64,000 bases of DNA from Eledone cirrhosa (GCA_964016885.1 OZ024749.1:55800001-55864000), one strand, 5' to 3'; positions 1 through 16,995 are shown, counted from the first letter of the stretch. The notes: a model not told the origin generated them from the sequence alone. Program-made: numbers and translations.

Positions 1-19
1 CACGGTCGTCATGGAAATG

Positions 20-135
20 GTAAGGGCATATTGGATAATGTAGTTCTAGATAAAAGAAAACAAAACTAAAAGAAAGAAACCACAAAACAAAACGATATAC
101 CTTTGATCATAGGTCTGTTTAATCATCCAGACCTG
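20..135 (+). mobile_element. old dispersed repeat (SINE-like) 3' fragment
   Basis: The motif ctttgatcataggt(c/g)tg recurs at about 49655-49680 and 53153-53170 with similar flanks. Confidence 0.4.
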
Positions 136-543
136 ACCTTAGTAGTGAGGTCAACAACAACAGCAAAAGCAATAACAGAAACATCTATAACAACATCTAC
201 ATCATCAACGACGACGGCCAGGACAGGAATGGCAGCAACAACAAACAAACAACATATATGTGTGTTTCTCATCGTCTCTATAAGATGTCGTTGGTGGTGG
301 TCCTGCAAGAGACTGTGTCTGTCATGAACACCTTGTCTTTGGTCCTAAGTAATAAAATAATTGATAGTCCACTGAAAGGAAGCGAATTTTTTCGAGTGGA
401 AAATTGTGCTTAGATTGCTTATATTTCTTTACGGTGTCTCAAAGAAGAAAAAGAAAAGGTTTTTATTTTGTTTTTCTAACCGATTTCATTCCTTAGCTGC
501 CGGAGTGTTCTATATATTTTTTCCTTTACTTTTCTTTTTCTTC

Positions 544-574
<31 letters not shown>

Positions 575-869
575 TTATCTTTTTATCTTCTTATTATTGG
601 TTTTGCAGCTTTGCTACTCACATCGAAGAAAATGCGAATCTGTCTAGTAGACCTTGATACATTAAGTCTCCAAAGTCTTAAGTATAATTGACATGCAATT
701 TTGGGAGCATGAAAACTTCTAGCATGGCCGATTAAGTCCTGCAGAAAAATGCATTCTAGCATCATGTGCAAAATAAAGAAAAACAGGACAAAAGTAATAA
801 GTTGTATCTTAAAATGTATGAACCGCCAAGAAAGGGTTAAGTTAGAGAAAAATAATAAAGACAGGAATA

Positions 870-1125
870 AGTAGTAGTAGTAGTAGTATTGGTAGTGGTC
901 GTAATGGTAGTAGTAGTGGTGGTGGTGGTGGTGGTAGCAGTGGTAGTTGTAGTAGTAGTAACAGCAGCGGTGGTGGTGGTAGTAGTAGTAATAGTAGTGG
1001 TAGTAGTAGTGGTAGTAGTTGTAGCAGCAGTAGTAGTAGTGGTGGTAGTAGTGGTAGTAGTAGTAACAGTAGTAGTGGTGGTGGTCGTGGTAGTAGTAGT
1101 AATAGTAGTAGTGGTAGTAGTAGTA
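870..1125. repeat. (TAG/TGG/CAG)n trinucleotide microsatellite
   Basis: Directly visible; it produces the poly-V and poly-T ORFs. Confidence 0.95.
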
Positions 1126-2366
1126 AATGAAAAAGCTTTAGTAAGAATAAATATATTTATTTTGGATTTCCATATGTTTCGAGGATGACTGTTCTGGGTG
1201 TTCGACCAATGGAACAACCTACACGTGTTATTAACATGAGGGGAATGTGTAATCCAGAAAAATTCAGCGTACGACATTGTGTGTGGTAAAGCAATCTTCT
1301 TGGATTGGACATAAATACCATTCGACGGGTTTCCACACAACTTCTGTCTGCTGTATTTTATGCAGAAAACTTCGGGTGACCTAACACTTTGAGACACCGC
1401 TGACTGAGCCTTCAGTTCAGAGTCTTCTAATGTAAAGTCTAACTGGCAATGTCGTTAGAACATAAGATAGGATGGTTGATGTTAGACGTTACTACAAACT
1501 GAGCCTTCTAATGAGTCTTCTAATGTAAAGTCTTAATATACCCTAACATTTTGACTACAAACTATTGAAACATTATATCCTTAACATTTACCACAAAAAT
1601 GAAACTAAATAAATACTTATTACCTTCGAAAGCAAAACTGGAATATTTTTAAATAGCTAGATATTTTTTCAGTGTGATACGTGCTTTGGAAATTGTAATA
1701 TATATATACGATATCGTATATACATACTTAAATCTCATTTCTTATGTAAATACACAAGCATCATCAAAGTATGCGGTAAAGGAACAAAACAAAAAAAAAA
1801 ACAAAAAAAACTCCTGCAAAATTGAAATAAAACGAAATACAACAAATCGTTGTGCACTTATTTTAAAATCAGCAGCAAGCATGTGACTAATCCGGAAAAG
1901 GAAATACAGAAATACTTTTACTAATAAATCTAATATTTTGTATACGTCTCATACACAAATTTGGTTCCTTAGGCACGTAGCTTATAATAATGATGATAAT
2001 AATAATAATAATAAGTAAAAATGAAATATGTTGAGCAGTAAATCTTACAAGATTGTGAGCCACGTAAATTAGGATAGTATGATTTAGTAAAACTTAAATT
2101 TTGATCCATGTCATATTCACATGTAGGCCATTCTATTGAACAGATTGAAGAAAAAAAAACAGGAGTGATTCGGTAAAATATTTAACCGAAAAAATTTATC
2201 AAATGAGGTATTGAGTACTTTATTCTGTATCAATAAGTCTTTTTTCTCAAGGACATATATATATATAAAGTTGCCTGATGACTTGGTTACAAATTTGATC
2301 GCCATTCCACTCTACACCACCGTAGGTAGCGCTTTTTGTTCTGTGTATGAACATAAATAAATAAAT

Positions 2367-5285
<2,919 letters not shown>

Positions 5286-5817
5286 AGTAAATAATTTGTT
5301 TGTGATCATACATACACATGCAAGTATACGGATGCATATGCGCAGCGAGAAGACGAAATGTTAACTCCAAGTCTATATAAACACGCGTAATGTTTAAACG
5401 CCAAACAAACGAATGTCTACCAAGGTTTATTTTTCTTGCTAACCTCAGTAACAGAATACAATTCTCCGTGACTTACCCCAAAAATAGAAGGACGCGTTTG
5501 TTTATCTCACTGACCCTAACTGACCTCTAGTCTTCTCGGATTCTACTGTTGATTAGTGATTTTTATGGAATATTTCGTTTGTTATTTTATCTTCTCTTTT
5601 GGCTTGTTTGATATTGTTTTGTTTACATCGTACGAGATTCTTTCCAGAGACCATCATGAAATATGGCCAGACATGGCCTTTCCCGCTCCACCCCTCCAAC
5701 ACACTACCAATTAAATGAAGACATAACATCACTAACACGGCATTATCTTCTTCCACCATCTCACCATCTCACCATCTCTCCATCTCTCTCATTCTCTCGC
5801 TATAGATATATTTATCC

Positions 5818-5850
<33 letters not shown>

Positions 5851-6212
5851 GAGGAGAAAGAAGAATACTGCGTGTTGCACATGGGTTACATATGATAAAA
5901 ATAGTCCTTCGTCAGTGATTTTCCAACCATCATTGGTATTTCATCGCATTAAAAATCAGGTTGGTGCGAGCAATAACTAAAAAAAGTTATTGGGACCAGT
6001 AAATCAAGTAAAGCGAGGGGGGCAAGTAAACAACATAGAAGGATAAAAGCAAACCAATGATAGGAAAAAAAACAAGCAACATAGTTGTCCGGTCAGCATA
6101 AGCTGGGTGGATTTCATGAGCGAAAGGTACAGACCGTCCGACGTGAGTGAGATGTAAGCAAGAAGAGACCCACTGTAATCCAAGCGACGGGAGCAAGTGA
6201 GAAGGGGAGAAA

Positions 6213-6305
6213 CGTTTCGACGGCTAATTCTGGGCTAAAATCATTTTAGCCCAGAATTAACCGTCGAAACGGCTTGACCCCAGACGTCGGGGTCCTACTC
6301 GTTCC
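6213..6305 (+). mobile_element. hammerhead-associated short element, family B, with 29-bp fold-back hairpin
   Basis: Arms 6213-6241 and 6243-6271 (1 mismatch, 1-nt loop), then GTCGAAACGGC...CGTCGGGGTC followed by (TA)n. Homologous to 41021, 50991, 59959 and 63816. Confidence 0.75.
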
Positions 6306-6340
6306 TATATATATATATATATATATATATCTTATTAGCT

Positions 6341-6407
<67 letters not shown>

Positions 6408-7114
6408 AACCAACCAACCAACCAACCAACCAACCAACCAGAAATTTATGAATTTAATTTATAATAAATTCTAGTGAAAGCAACTGGCGCGTGTGTTTCT
6501 TATTGGCAACATGAGCCTCCCAAAGCATAACAATATATATATATATATATATATACATTCATACAGATGCGTAAAACATTCCTGCATACATACATGATGG
6601 CGGCTCCCTCGTTATTGAGTATGGCCATGATACATACACACGTTCTTACATACATATATACATGCATGCACTTACATATACGGAATTTTGAATTTAAACA
6701 AACTTAGCTAACATTTTGGATATATGATTTCCCGAATGGAAAAAAGGGAACAACATCACCTGTGGGACTACTACTACTACTCACACACAAATACACGCAT
6801 TCACAATTTTATACACAGATCCCATGCACGCAGAACCAAACACAACCTCCCACTTGTGAGAAACAAATAGGCATACACAAATTTACAAATCATACTAATG
6901 TATGTCAACACAAATTCTCATGTCGTGCACAGACATGTATCTATGCATTTATGTAAACATGTATCTATGTACTTAGGCAAACATGTATCGATGCATTTAT
7001 GTATACATGCTGTTGGACGTTTGTTAGTTCCGTGTGTGTGTTTTCCAATGGAGGTTATCGCAGCAACAGCCTGAAAAGTGTCACAGAATTCTACAGCCTC
7101 GTGTATCCATAATA

Positions 7115-7290
7115 TAATGCTCAGGGAGATTCAGCATGAAACTATGTGTGCCAAAGATAGTTCTTTAAATTGCAGGTATAACTCATTTTTGCCAGCTGAA
7201 TGACCTTAGGTGAAATAAAATGTCTTGGTCAAGAATAAAACAGGCTGCCCAGAATTGAACTCTTGACTACGTTACCATTAAGAAGCTCGC
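7115..7290 (-). mobile_element. diverged tRNA-derived SINE with CORE-like body
   Basis: Minus strand reads gagttcaattctgg (B box) then ttgaccaagacattttatttca; similar to 24880-25010. Confidence 0.55.
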
Positions 7291-7368
7291 CTCTACAAGC
7301 AAATATCTGAGTCAATACACAAACGGAGAAAGATGGGCATATGTAGAGATACACACGGCCAAATATTA

Positions 7369-8198
7369 CACATACACTGTCACAAACATACACATATACT
7401 GTCACAACATAAACATATACTGTCACAAACATACACATACTGTCACAACATAAACATACACTGTCACAAACATACACATATACTGTCACAACATACACAT
7501 ATACTGTCACAACATAAACATATACTGTCACAAACATACACATATACTGTCACAAACATACACATATACTGTCACAAACATACACATATACTGTCACAAC
7601 ATACACATATATTGCCAGAAACATACACATATATTGCCAGAAACATACACATATACTGTCACAAACATACACATATATTGCCACAAACATACACATACAC
7701 TGTGACAAACAAACACATATATTGCCACAAACATACACATATACTGTCACAAACATACACATATATTGTCACAAACATACACATATATTGCCACAAACAT
7801 ACACATATATTGCCACAAACATACACATATATTGCCACAAACATACACATATATTGCCACAAACATGCACATATATTTCCACAAACATGCACATATATTG
7901 CCACAAACATACACATATATTGCCACAAACATACACATATATTGCCACAAACATACACATATATTGCCACAAACATACACATATATTGCCACAAACATAC
8001 ACATATATTGCCACAAACATACACATATATTGCCACAAACATGCACATATATTGCCACAAACATACACATATATTGCCACAAACATACACATATATTGCC
8101 ACAAACATACACATATATTGCCACAAACATACACATATATTGCCACAAACATACACATATATTGCCACAAACATACACATACACTGTGACAAACAAAC
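7369..8198. repeat. 22-bp minisatellite (ccacaaacatacacatatattg)n
   Basis: tgcc recurs at 7811 and 7833 and onward at 22-bp spacing; the 5' units carry a ctgtcac variant. Confidence 0.95.
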
Positions 8199-8414
8199 AC
8201 GTATCTCTCATATATATATAGATACTCAGACATAAAGAGAGAAAGGAAGTATGAACGGTCACAGTGATATTGATATAAAAGGGCTGGACAAGTAAGTATA
8301 GAAGAAGAGCGCAGAATAATAGAAGCTAACACTCACACATATAGAAATCACAACACACACATATAGAAATCGGAACACATACACACATATATATTTCTAA
8401 GCATATACATACAT

Positions 8415-8447
<33 letters not shown>

Positions 8448-8449
<2 letters not shown>

Positions 8450-8630
8450 ATTGTTTCTACCTTTGGCACAAGGCCAGCAATTACCCAGTGCATTACTGGT
8501 ACTTTATTTTATCGACCCCGCAAGGATGAAAGGCAAAGTCAACCTCGGCGGGATTTGAACTCAGATCGTAAAGGGACGTAACTATGCTGGAAAGCATGGC
8601 GTCCGACCCTCTACCGATACTGCCAATCCA
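8448..8630 (-). mobile_element. tRNA-derived SINE, young short subfamily
   Basis: Minus strand has the A-box-like tggcagtatcggtaga, the B box gagttcaaatccc and the tail gctggccttgtgccaaaggtagaaacaatta. Near-identical to 12240 and 61670. Confidence 0.9.
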
Positions 8631-8730
8631 CATATATAATATTTGCTTGTTGTATCCCAACAATTTAAATAGAACTTTTACATATATATATATATATAAA
8701 TATATATGTGTGTGTTTGTAAATATGTTTG

Positions 8731-8761
<31 letters not shown>

Positions 8762-10599
8762 TATGTTTGTGTGTGTATATATAATGTAAGTATATATGTG
8801 TATATATATTTATATATATAATCTGCTACGCACAAGTCTGAAAAACTTGGTAAACAACCAAGAAGAACCTTCTGACTAGGTATATATCTCCCCTGATTAA
8901 CAAGTTACGTTAATCAATAGAGGGCGCTGAAGCAAATATTCGTGTTGGCTTCCATATTGGTAAAGGAAATAAACACACTCTACACACGCACGCACCTACA
9001 ATGCACGCAACCACCTACACAGGCTTGCACATATCTGCACACGCGTGCAAACATATGCAAACTGACACATACAGATATAGACAAAGAATCACACATGCAC
9101 ACATACACTTATGTATATTTCAATGTCTTGGACCCCTTTAACCTTTCGCCTCTCGCCGTCAGTGCAGTCAAATCTTGTCTTAGGTACACACATATCTAGC
9201 GTCAGTTGGTTTTTATTTTTTATTTTTTAGTTATTTGTTATATTATTAGTTTTTGTTATTCTTCTTATCACTTACAGCTAATGGCTACAATAGCGCTTCA
9301 CTGATACGTAGAGATAGGGGGAAAATATATATATAGAGAGAGGAGAGAGAGAGAGAGAGAGAGGAAGTATGGGCTAGATTGGGAGATGACGGAGAGATAG
9401 GGAAAAATATATATATAGAGAGAGAGAGAAGAGGGAAAGTGAGAGAGAAAGAGAAATGTGGTCTAGATTGGGAGATGACGGAGAGACAGGGAAGAATATA
9501 TATATATATAGAGAGAAAGAGAATGAAAGAGATAAAAAACGAATGAATGAGAAGGGGAGATATAAGAGAGAGGGAGAGAAATATAAAGTGAAATGCAGAA
9601 AGAAAGATGGAGTTAGAGAGGGAGATGAGAGAGATAGACAAAAACATATATAGAGAAAGAAAAAGAGAGAAAGAAAAGGATAAAGAGAAGTGCAGAGGGG
9701 AGGAGGGGTTTGAGAAGGAGCTGAGGGAGAAAAAGAGATGGATTTACACAATTGAGAAGTAAGCATAGAGAATGGTAAACAGGGGGAGAGAATAACGAAT
9801 AAAAAAACCTCCAAAACAAAACCTAGGGAGACTCTATAGTGTGCAGTTATCTATATAAACCAACAGATAAGTTAAGTGCAATGAGAAAATATATATATGC
9901 AAATATCTCTATATATCTACATATATATGCGTATATTTATGTTTGTGTGAATAGCTAAATGTATTTAAACATGCAATGAAATACACACACACATACACGC
10001 GCGCACACATACACACACACAAGCATGCATACATATATGTGCGTGTATGCATGAGTGTATATGTGTGTGTTTGTGTATAGAACAATGAAAACAAGACAGT
10101 ATATATATGGGTGGGTTTGGGTGTGGGGGGGCGGGTATGCATGTATGTATATTTGTATGTTGTATTTATGAGAATTTTGTGCAGCTATGTTGGTATGTAT
10201 ACATATCGATATGAACTCAAGTGTCTAACTTCCCTTTATGTGTGTGTATGCATATCATATATATATATATAAATATATATAAATGGAAAAGCTGTGGACC
10301 ATATCTTTATATAGATATATAGTTCTCCATAGATGTCTTTTCCCCCCCTCACTTGTAAGAATTATGTACATCTACTCGGCAGCCCCTCTTAACGCCGCTC
10401 TCTGACTTTTGGTCTCTGTCTTTGTTCTGTTTGTTTGTACCGTATTCTGGTTTTATTGGAATTCTCTCGCCATTCGTTAACATGTGGATAGATTCTGGTT
10501 GCAGTATGTCTTTGTTGTGAATGACAAGATAATTCTTCTAGTAGCATTGTAAAGACTTTCAGCAAATATATCGTGTCTTATTCCTCGATACCTGTTAAT

Positions 10600-10870
10600 T
10601 TTATAACAGGAAGAGTATCACCTGGATTCGAGAGAGAGTTGGACTAAGGACACTACTGAGACTATCAAGAAGGGGAAACATGGATGGGCTGGCCATGTAA
10701 TTCGTCTCGGAGACAACATGTGGACTATTAGAATGATAAAGTAGACACCGAGGCTGTGGAGAAGAACTAGAGGGCGACCAAAAGTAATATGGTCCAACAT
10801 GGCCCAATATGGTCAGAGATAGGAAGTGGTGCACGTCAACCAGGGCGTGGTTTCTTAAATAGGAGTGAAA
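10600..10870 (+). pseudogene. RTE-clade LINE ORF C-terminal remnant
   Basis: Translation gives WIRER...IKKGKHGWAGHVIRLGDNMWTIRMIK*TPRLWRRTRGRPKVIWS, matching the W-x-GH-xx-R...R-xx-GRP-xxx-W motif of RTE C-termini. Contains a stop and a frameshift. Confidence 0.75.
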
Positions 10871-11687
10871 AAGTCCTAGATCGGATGGGATTAGATACTT
10901 ACAACCATATATCACAATAGAAATTATTTTGTCACAACTGTTAAATAGTTTGTAGGTGTTAGGTGATAAAATATTATCTCATGCCGTAAAGAAGATACAA
11001 TATATTTGATGGAGTATTAACTATGTTGAGCTTATGAAATCTTCAAAAGAGAAACTCGTTGAAAGTAAAGTGAGGCCTAGCATTTATAGGGATGTTGGTG
11101 ATTTACTTTCAGGTTGTTCATTTTTAAGGGCCTAGGTTTAACGTATTGTTGGATGGCATAAGATTAAACATGCGTTGTATAAGTCACCACAACTCACTAG
11201 AAAAGCAGCTCTCAACATATTCATTGTGGTACACAATAATGGAACCCACAATATAATAGTATAGAGAAACAAAAGATGCTGAAATCCTGCAGAAAGAGGA
11301 TGATAACGTGTAAATTTAAGATCTTCACAGAATCCGGTATATATGTCGTCATAACAGACAAAAAAATGGATAATACTTTTGTGTTTTCAATGCAAACTCC
11401 TATCTACTTATTCTTTAGTCACAGCTGGAAGTCCTCACTAACAATATGAAATATTGATGTTTACAGTAACCAAAGTAAGATCAACATAAACTCGATCTTC
11501 TATAAGTGGACATTCGCTTTCTTCTTTTTTAAAGTAACTCTATCTTTTAGTACAATATAAATGATATCCATGACAGCAACGAGAAACTCCTTCAACAGCT
11601 ACAGAAACAACAACAATAACAACAACAGCAAACAATAATAAGTGCAACAGCATCATTAAAAACCACAATGAACATAACAATAAGTTA

Positions 11688-11768
<81 letters not shown>

Positions 11769-12239
11769 AGGACAATAACAAAAAACTCGGTGACAGCAAG
11801 GAGGAATAGCACAAGAGAATTGTACAGCAACAACAGCAACTACAACAATAACGATAATGAATACGATACGGTAGATAAAGATTTAAAGAAAATAATACTG
11901 AAGAGCAGCAAATAGTTTTAAAAGATGAGAAGTAGTAGTGAGAACATTTAGAAGAAACTAAAAAGTAAGGGAAATGAGGTTTATGGGTAATTATGACTGG
12001 GTTTTGGATGTGGGCGAGGATGAACATAATAATGATGAGATTGGGAGAGGGAAGAGGAGGAGGAAAACGATGGAAAGGAAGATGTACAATATCAATTATA
12101 GTAATAATAACAGTAATAATTATATTATTATTATTACTAATAATAGTATTAATAATAATGACCATAATATTTTCTGTATAATTTGGCTTTTTTCATAGAT
12201 GTGATAATTATGATGATTTTTGGATAATAATAATAATAA

Positions 12240-12422
12240 TAATTGTTTCTACTTTTGGCACAAGGCCAGAAATTACCCAGTACATTACTGGTACTTTATT
12301 TTATCGACCCCGTAAAGATGAGAGGCAAAGTGAACGTCGGCGGGATTTGAACTCAGATCGTAAAGGGACGTAACTATGCTGGAAAGCATGGCGTCCGACC
12401 CTCTACCGATACTGCAAATCCA
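12240..12422 (-). mobile_element. tRNA-derived SINE, young short subfamily
   Basis: Near-identical to 8448-8630; (TAA)n tract next to the 3' end. Confidence 0.9.
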
Positions 12423-13024
12423 CATAATAATAATAATGGTAAAAATGACAAAACCAACAATAATAATACGAATAATAATTCTTATTTCTTTATTTTATAT
12501 ATATATATATATATATAAATATATATATATAAATATATTTATTTATTTATTTATATTTATCTATTTGGCGTCGGAGATGCTGATAATGCTGAATATGATG
12601 ATGATGATAGTGATAATGATAGTGATGTTGATGATGATGATGATATTGATGATTATAGTGATGATGTTGATTATGGTGTGGAGGTGGTATAACAGAATAT
12701 GTTCATGTATTGTAAGGGAAGAAACATCAACAAATTCTTGAGGAGATATCAAGGATTAAGATGAATAACAATTTGAAATATAATAACATCACGATCATCA
12801 TCATCTACAACACTACATAAACAACAACAACAAACAGTACACACAGGAATAGATATGAAGAGAACACCCCCCTCTCTCTCTCTCTCTCTCTCCCAGCACG
12901 TGTAATTGTTGCTGCTACCACCACCACCACCACCACCATTAATTGCAGCAGCAGTAAAGATGCAATAACAAGTAACAGAAGAAACATCTAAAATTAATAT
13001 TAGCAATAATATCAACACAACAAC

Positions 13025-13053
13025 ATATATATGTATATATATGTATATATATG

Positions 13054-13084
<31 letters not shown>

Positions 13085-13149
13085 GTATGTATATATATAT
13101 ATATATATGTATATATATGTATGTATATATATATATATATATATGTATG

Positions 13150-13180
<31 letters not shown>

Positions 13181-13184
13181 GTAT

Positions 13185-13220
<36 letters not shown>

Positions 13221-13303
13221 GTATGTATATATATATATATGTATATATATGTATGTATATATATATATATATGTATGTATATATATATATATATATATGT
13301 ATG

Positions 13304-13334
<31 letters not shown>

Positions 13335-13339
13335 GTATG

Positions 13340-13372
<33 letters not shown>

Positions 13373-13522
13373 GTATGTATATATATATATATATGTATGT
13401 ATATATATATATATATATATGTATGTATATATATATATGTATATATATGTATGTATATATATATATGTATATATATGTATGTATATATATATATATATAT
13501 ATGTATGTATATATGTATGTAT
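13025..13522. repeat. (TA)n/(TATG) microsatellite
   Basis: Directly visible. Confidence 0.95.
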
Positions 13523-14029
13523 GTTTGTGTTACAAAACATGTCAGATCACAACAACAAACACAAAAACATCTCAAACATTACATCAACAGGCAAAAATAC
13601 AACTCAAACAACAACCCTAACAACAACAACAACAGCCCCAAAATACAACAATCACAAGAACAACGCTAACAACAGCATGACTTCAACAACGACAATCAGT
13701 ATTACAATGACAACACAACCACAACAGCAATTACAACATCAACAACTATTACAATAACAATAATAAAAACGTCAACTGGTTCAGTTTGAGAAAGAACAGC
13801 CAATATAACAAATTAAACAAGAAAAATTGTCGCAGAAAAATCAAAAGAAAAAATCAATTAAAAAAACATTCCTTGAAGGCACCCCCACCTCCCCCCATCA
13901 CGGAAAAAAAATGAGAATCCAACCACGCAACGAGCAGTGAAAGAGACTAAGAAATAAGGCAATATTTTAAAGAAAACATATTGAAGGGTGCTGCGACAAA
14001 AATAACATATATAACATTATTATTACATT

Positions 14030-14352
14030 TGGATTGGCAGTATCGGTAGAGGGTCGGACGCCATGCGAGGGTGGTGGATTGGCGGTATCGGTAGAGGGTC
14101 GGACGCCATGCGGGGGTGGTGGATTGGCAGTATCGGTAGAGGGTCGGACGCCATGCGAGGGTGGTGGATTGGCAGTATCGGTAGAGGGTCGGACGCCATG
14201 CGAGGGTGGTGGATTGGCAGTATCGGTAGAGGGTCGGACGCCATGCGAGGGTGGTGGATTGGCAGTATCGGTAGAGGGTCGGACGCCATGCGAGGGTGGT
14301 GGATTGGCAGTATCGGTAGAGGGTCGGACGCCATGCGAGGGTGGTGGATTGG
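14030..14352 (+). repeat. 45-bp tandem array (7 units) made of the SINE 5' head
   Basis: Unit tggattggcagtatcggtagagggtcggacgccatgcgagggtgg repeats at 45-bp spacing (ttggc at 14034, 14079 ... 14304) and matches the first ~37 nt of the SINE at 8448-8630 (minus). Confidence 0.93.
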
Positions 14353-14770
14353 TAGGATTGGAAGAACATTGGAAAACTCTGGGGCGTCTAGTTGCGGCCA
14401 TTTACGTCCCGATTTCAAATCACGCCGATGTTAGCTTTGCCTATCATCCTTAAGAGGTCGATAAAATAAAGCACCAGTAGCGTCCTGGGGTCAATTTAAT
14501 CGACTTTTTATTTACCCCCTAAAAATTGCTGGCCTTGTGCCTAAATGAGAAACTAAGGTAGATTGGTTGTATGGGTAGAGCGTGAGACACCTTGTTCTGT
14601 GGCATAAAGTTACGTTTCTTTACGTTCTGAGTTCAAATAACGCCATGATCAGCGCTGATTTTCCTCCTTACGGGGTCAATAAAATAAAGTACCAGTAACG
14701 CACTGGGGTCGATTTAATCGACTTTTCCTTTCCCCAAATTGCTGGCCTTGTGCCTAAAGTAGAAACAATT
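14339..14770 (+). mobile_element. two tandem diverged copies of the tRNA-derived SINE
   Basis: B boxes at about 14412 and 14630; both copies end in gctggccttgtgcctaaa...gaaac (about 14553 and 14770). Confidence 0.8.
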
Positions 14771-15496
14771 ATTATCTTCTATTATGTAGTTGTTGTTATT
14801 TTACACGTTGTGCTTTCCTATCTGCGTGTTAGGTTTTTTCCCTCAGTTCTATTATTGTTTTCTTACTTGGTTCAACCCTCCTTTTTTATTTATTTCTCTC
14901 CTCTTTTTTTTTTTCTAACATTTTACGTTATTTCCTTTTCCTTTCTGTTTGGTATAAATTTCTGTATACGGTAATACATGTATCTGTGTACCACTATATT
15001 TGTGAGGGAACGATACAGAGGGAGACGGAGAAAGAGAGAAAGGTTTCGTTTTTTTTATCTAAGAAAGTATGTTTTGGAGAGTGTGTGTGAGAGAGGAGGA
15101 AAGAGAGGCAGTGGGGGAGGGAGAGGGAGAGAGCTAGGGGAGAGAGGGACTATTGAATGTCCATTCTTGTCCTTGGGGAATGCTTGTAAATATAGGTCCA
15201 TGTATATATGTTTGTATTGATGTATGATTACATGCTAGTGTAGATATATGTATTTAAGTACGTATATATGTGTGTATATATTCCTGCATGTGTGGCTATA
15301 TATATATATATATATATATATATAATGTGTGTGTGTGTATGTGTAATGTATATACACACGTACACGCATGTGAGTATGTCAGTATTTTACAATTTTTAGT
15401 ATCTTCACACACTGATAGAATTAAGTGTTACCATACACACACACACAGAAGACAGTAATATGCACATCTATCTGTTTACCTATCTGTCTGTCTATC

Positions 15497-15731
15497 TGTG
15501 TGTGTGTATATATATATATATGTGTGTGTGTGTGTTTATGCATGTGTGTGTGTGTGTGTGTGTTTATGCATATATGTGTGTGTGTGTGTGTGTTTATGCA
15601 TATATATGTGTGTGTGTGTGTTTATGCATATGTGTGTGTGTGTTTATGCATATATATATGTGTGTGTGTTTATGCATATATATGTGTGTGTGTGTGTTTA
15701 TGCTAACATATATATGTGTATGTGCTTATGC

Positions 15732-15797
<66 letters not shown>

Positions 15798-16055
15798 ATG
15801 TATATATATATATATATGTGTTTATGTATATATATATATATATGTGTTTATGTATATATATATATATATGTGTTTATGTATATATATATATATATGTGTT
15901 TATGTATATATATATATATATATATATATGTTTATGTATATATATATATGCGTTTATGTATATATATATATATGTTTATGTATATATATATATATATATG
16001 CGTTTATGTATATATATATGTATATGTGTATGTATGTATGTATATGTATGTATAT
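15497..16055. repeat. compound (TG)n/(TA)n array with tttatg(c/t)a spacers
   Basis: Directly visible. Confidence 0.9.
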
Positions 16056-16469
16056 GAACATGTGTTTGCGTGTGCAGCAAGAATGCTGTTGAAGTATGTT
16101 AGTGAAGTAAAGGGAGTTGAATGTGAGATGGGGGAGACGTGGGAGGAGGGGGGAGACATTATAACAAACAAATAATGTAATAAAGAGGAGTTGAAGGGGT
16201 GGAGGTTGTGTATAAGTAAACACAAGTCTGTTATTGATTTAGATGTTCCTTTGAAATAGAAGGAAAGAGAGAGCGAGAGAGTGGGAGTGAGAAAGAGTTA
16301 GATAGTGAGTGATAGAGCTGGAGTGATAATGAGTGAGAGATAGAGGGAGAGAGGGCGAGAGAGAGAGAGGGATAGAGAGAGACAGTATAAAAGAAATATA
16401 CGTTGGGTGGAGAGATAAGTTAAAGTTGGTAGAAAGTGATTGTTGAGTGAAAATGTGATATAAATATGA

Positions 16470-16590
16470 TTCCCTGGACAGCACGCTAGTCTATTGCAGG
16501 TGTAACTCCCCAGCTATCGTTAGTACTCACACTCAGCTGAGTGTACTGAGCACCGTGTAATAAAGTGTTTTGCTCTAGAATACAACTTAG
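16470..16590 (-). mobile_element. CORE-like SINE central domain fragment
   Basis: Minus strand reads gttgtattctagagcaaaacactttattacac...cctgcaatagactagcgtgctgtccaggga. Confidence 0.5.
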
Positions 16591-16882
16591 AGTTCAGCAA
16601 CGATATTCAACTAACAAGAAACACAAAGCTGATGCGCACCTTGTCTTAGAGAGGACGTAAGCGAGACAGAATTATCACGTGTAAAATATATTCAACAATA
16701 GCACATGTTAAAATGAAACTTTGAAAAGCTTTTCATAATGAAAACAAATTATACAATCATAACTGCTACTGTTTTGTATGAATACATGTCTTATCATTGT
16801 GTAATGCATTTTTGAATGTGTACACAAAACCCATTGCTATGGCATATATAGTTTAATAAAACATTATTTATCTTAACTAATA

Positions 16883-16995
16883 ATTGTTTCTACGTTAGGC
16901 ACAAGGCCAGCAATTACCCAGTGCATTACTGGTACTTTATTTTATCGACCCCGTAAGGATGAAAGGCAAAGTTAACCTCGGCGGGATTTGAACCC
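16883..16995 (-). mobile_element. 5'-truncated tRNA-derived SINE (short subfamily)
   Basis: Matches 8448-8560. Confidence 0.85.

Noticed and set aside
14030-14352. CRISPR-like array
   Set aside because: Head-to-tail units with no unique spacers, derived from a SINE, in eukaryotic DNA with no cas genes.
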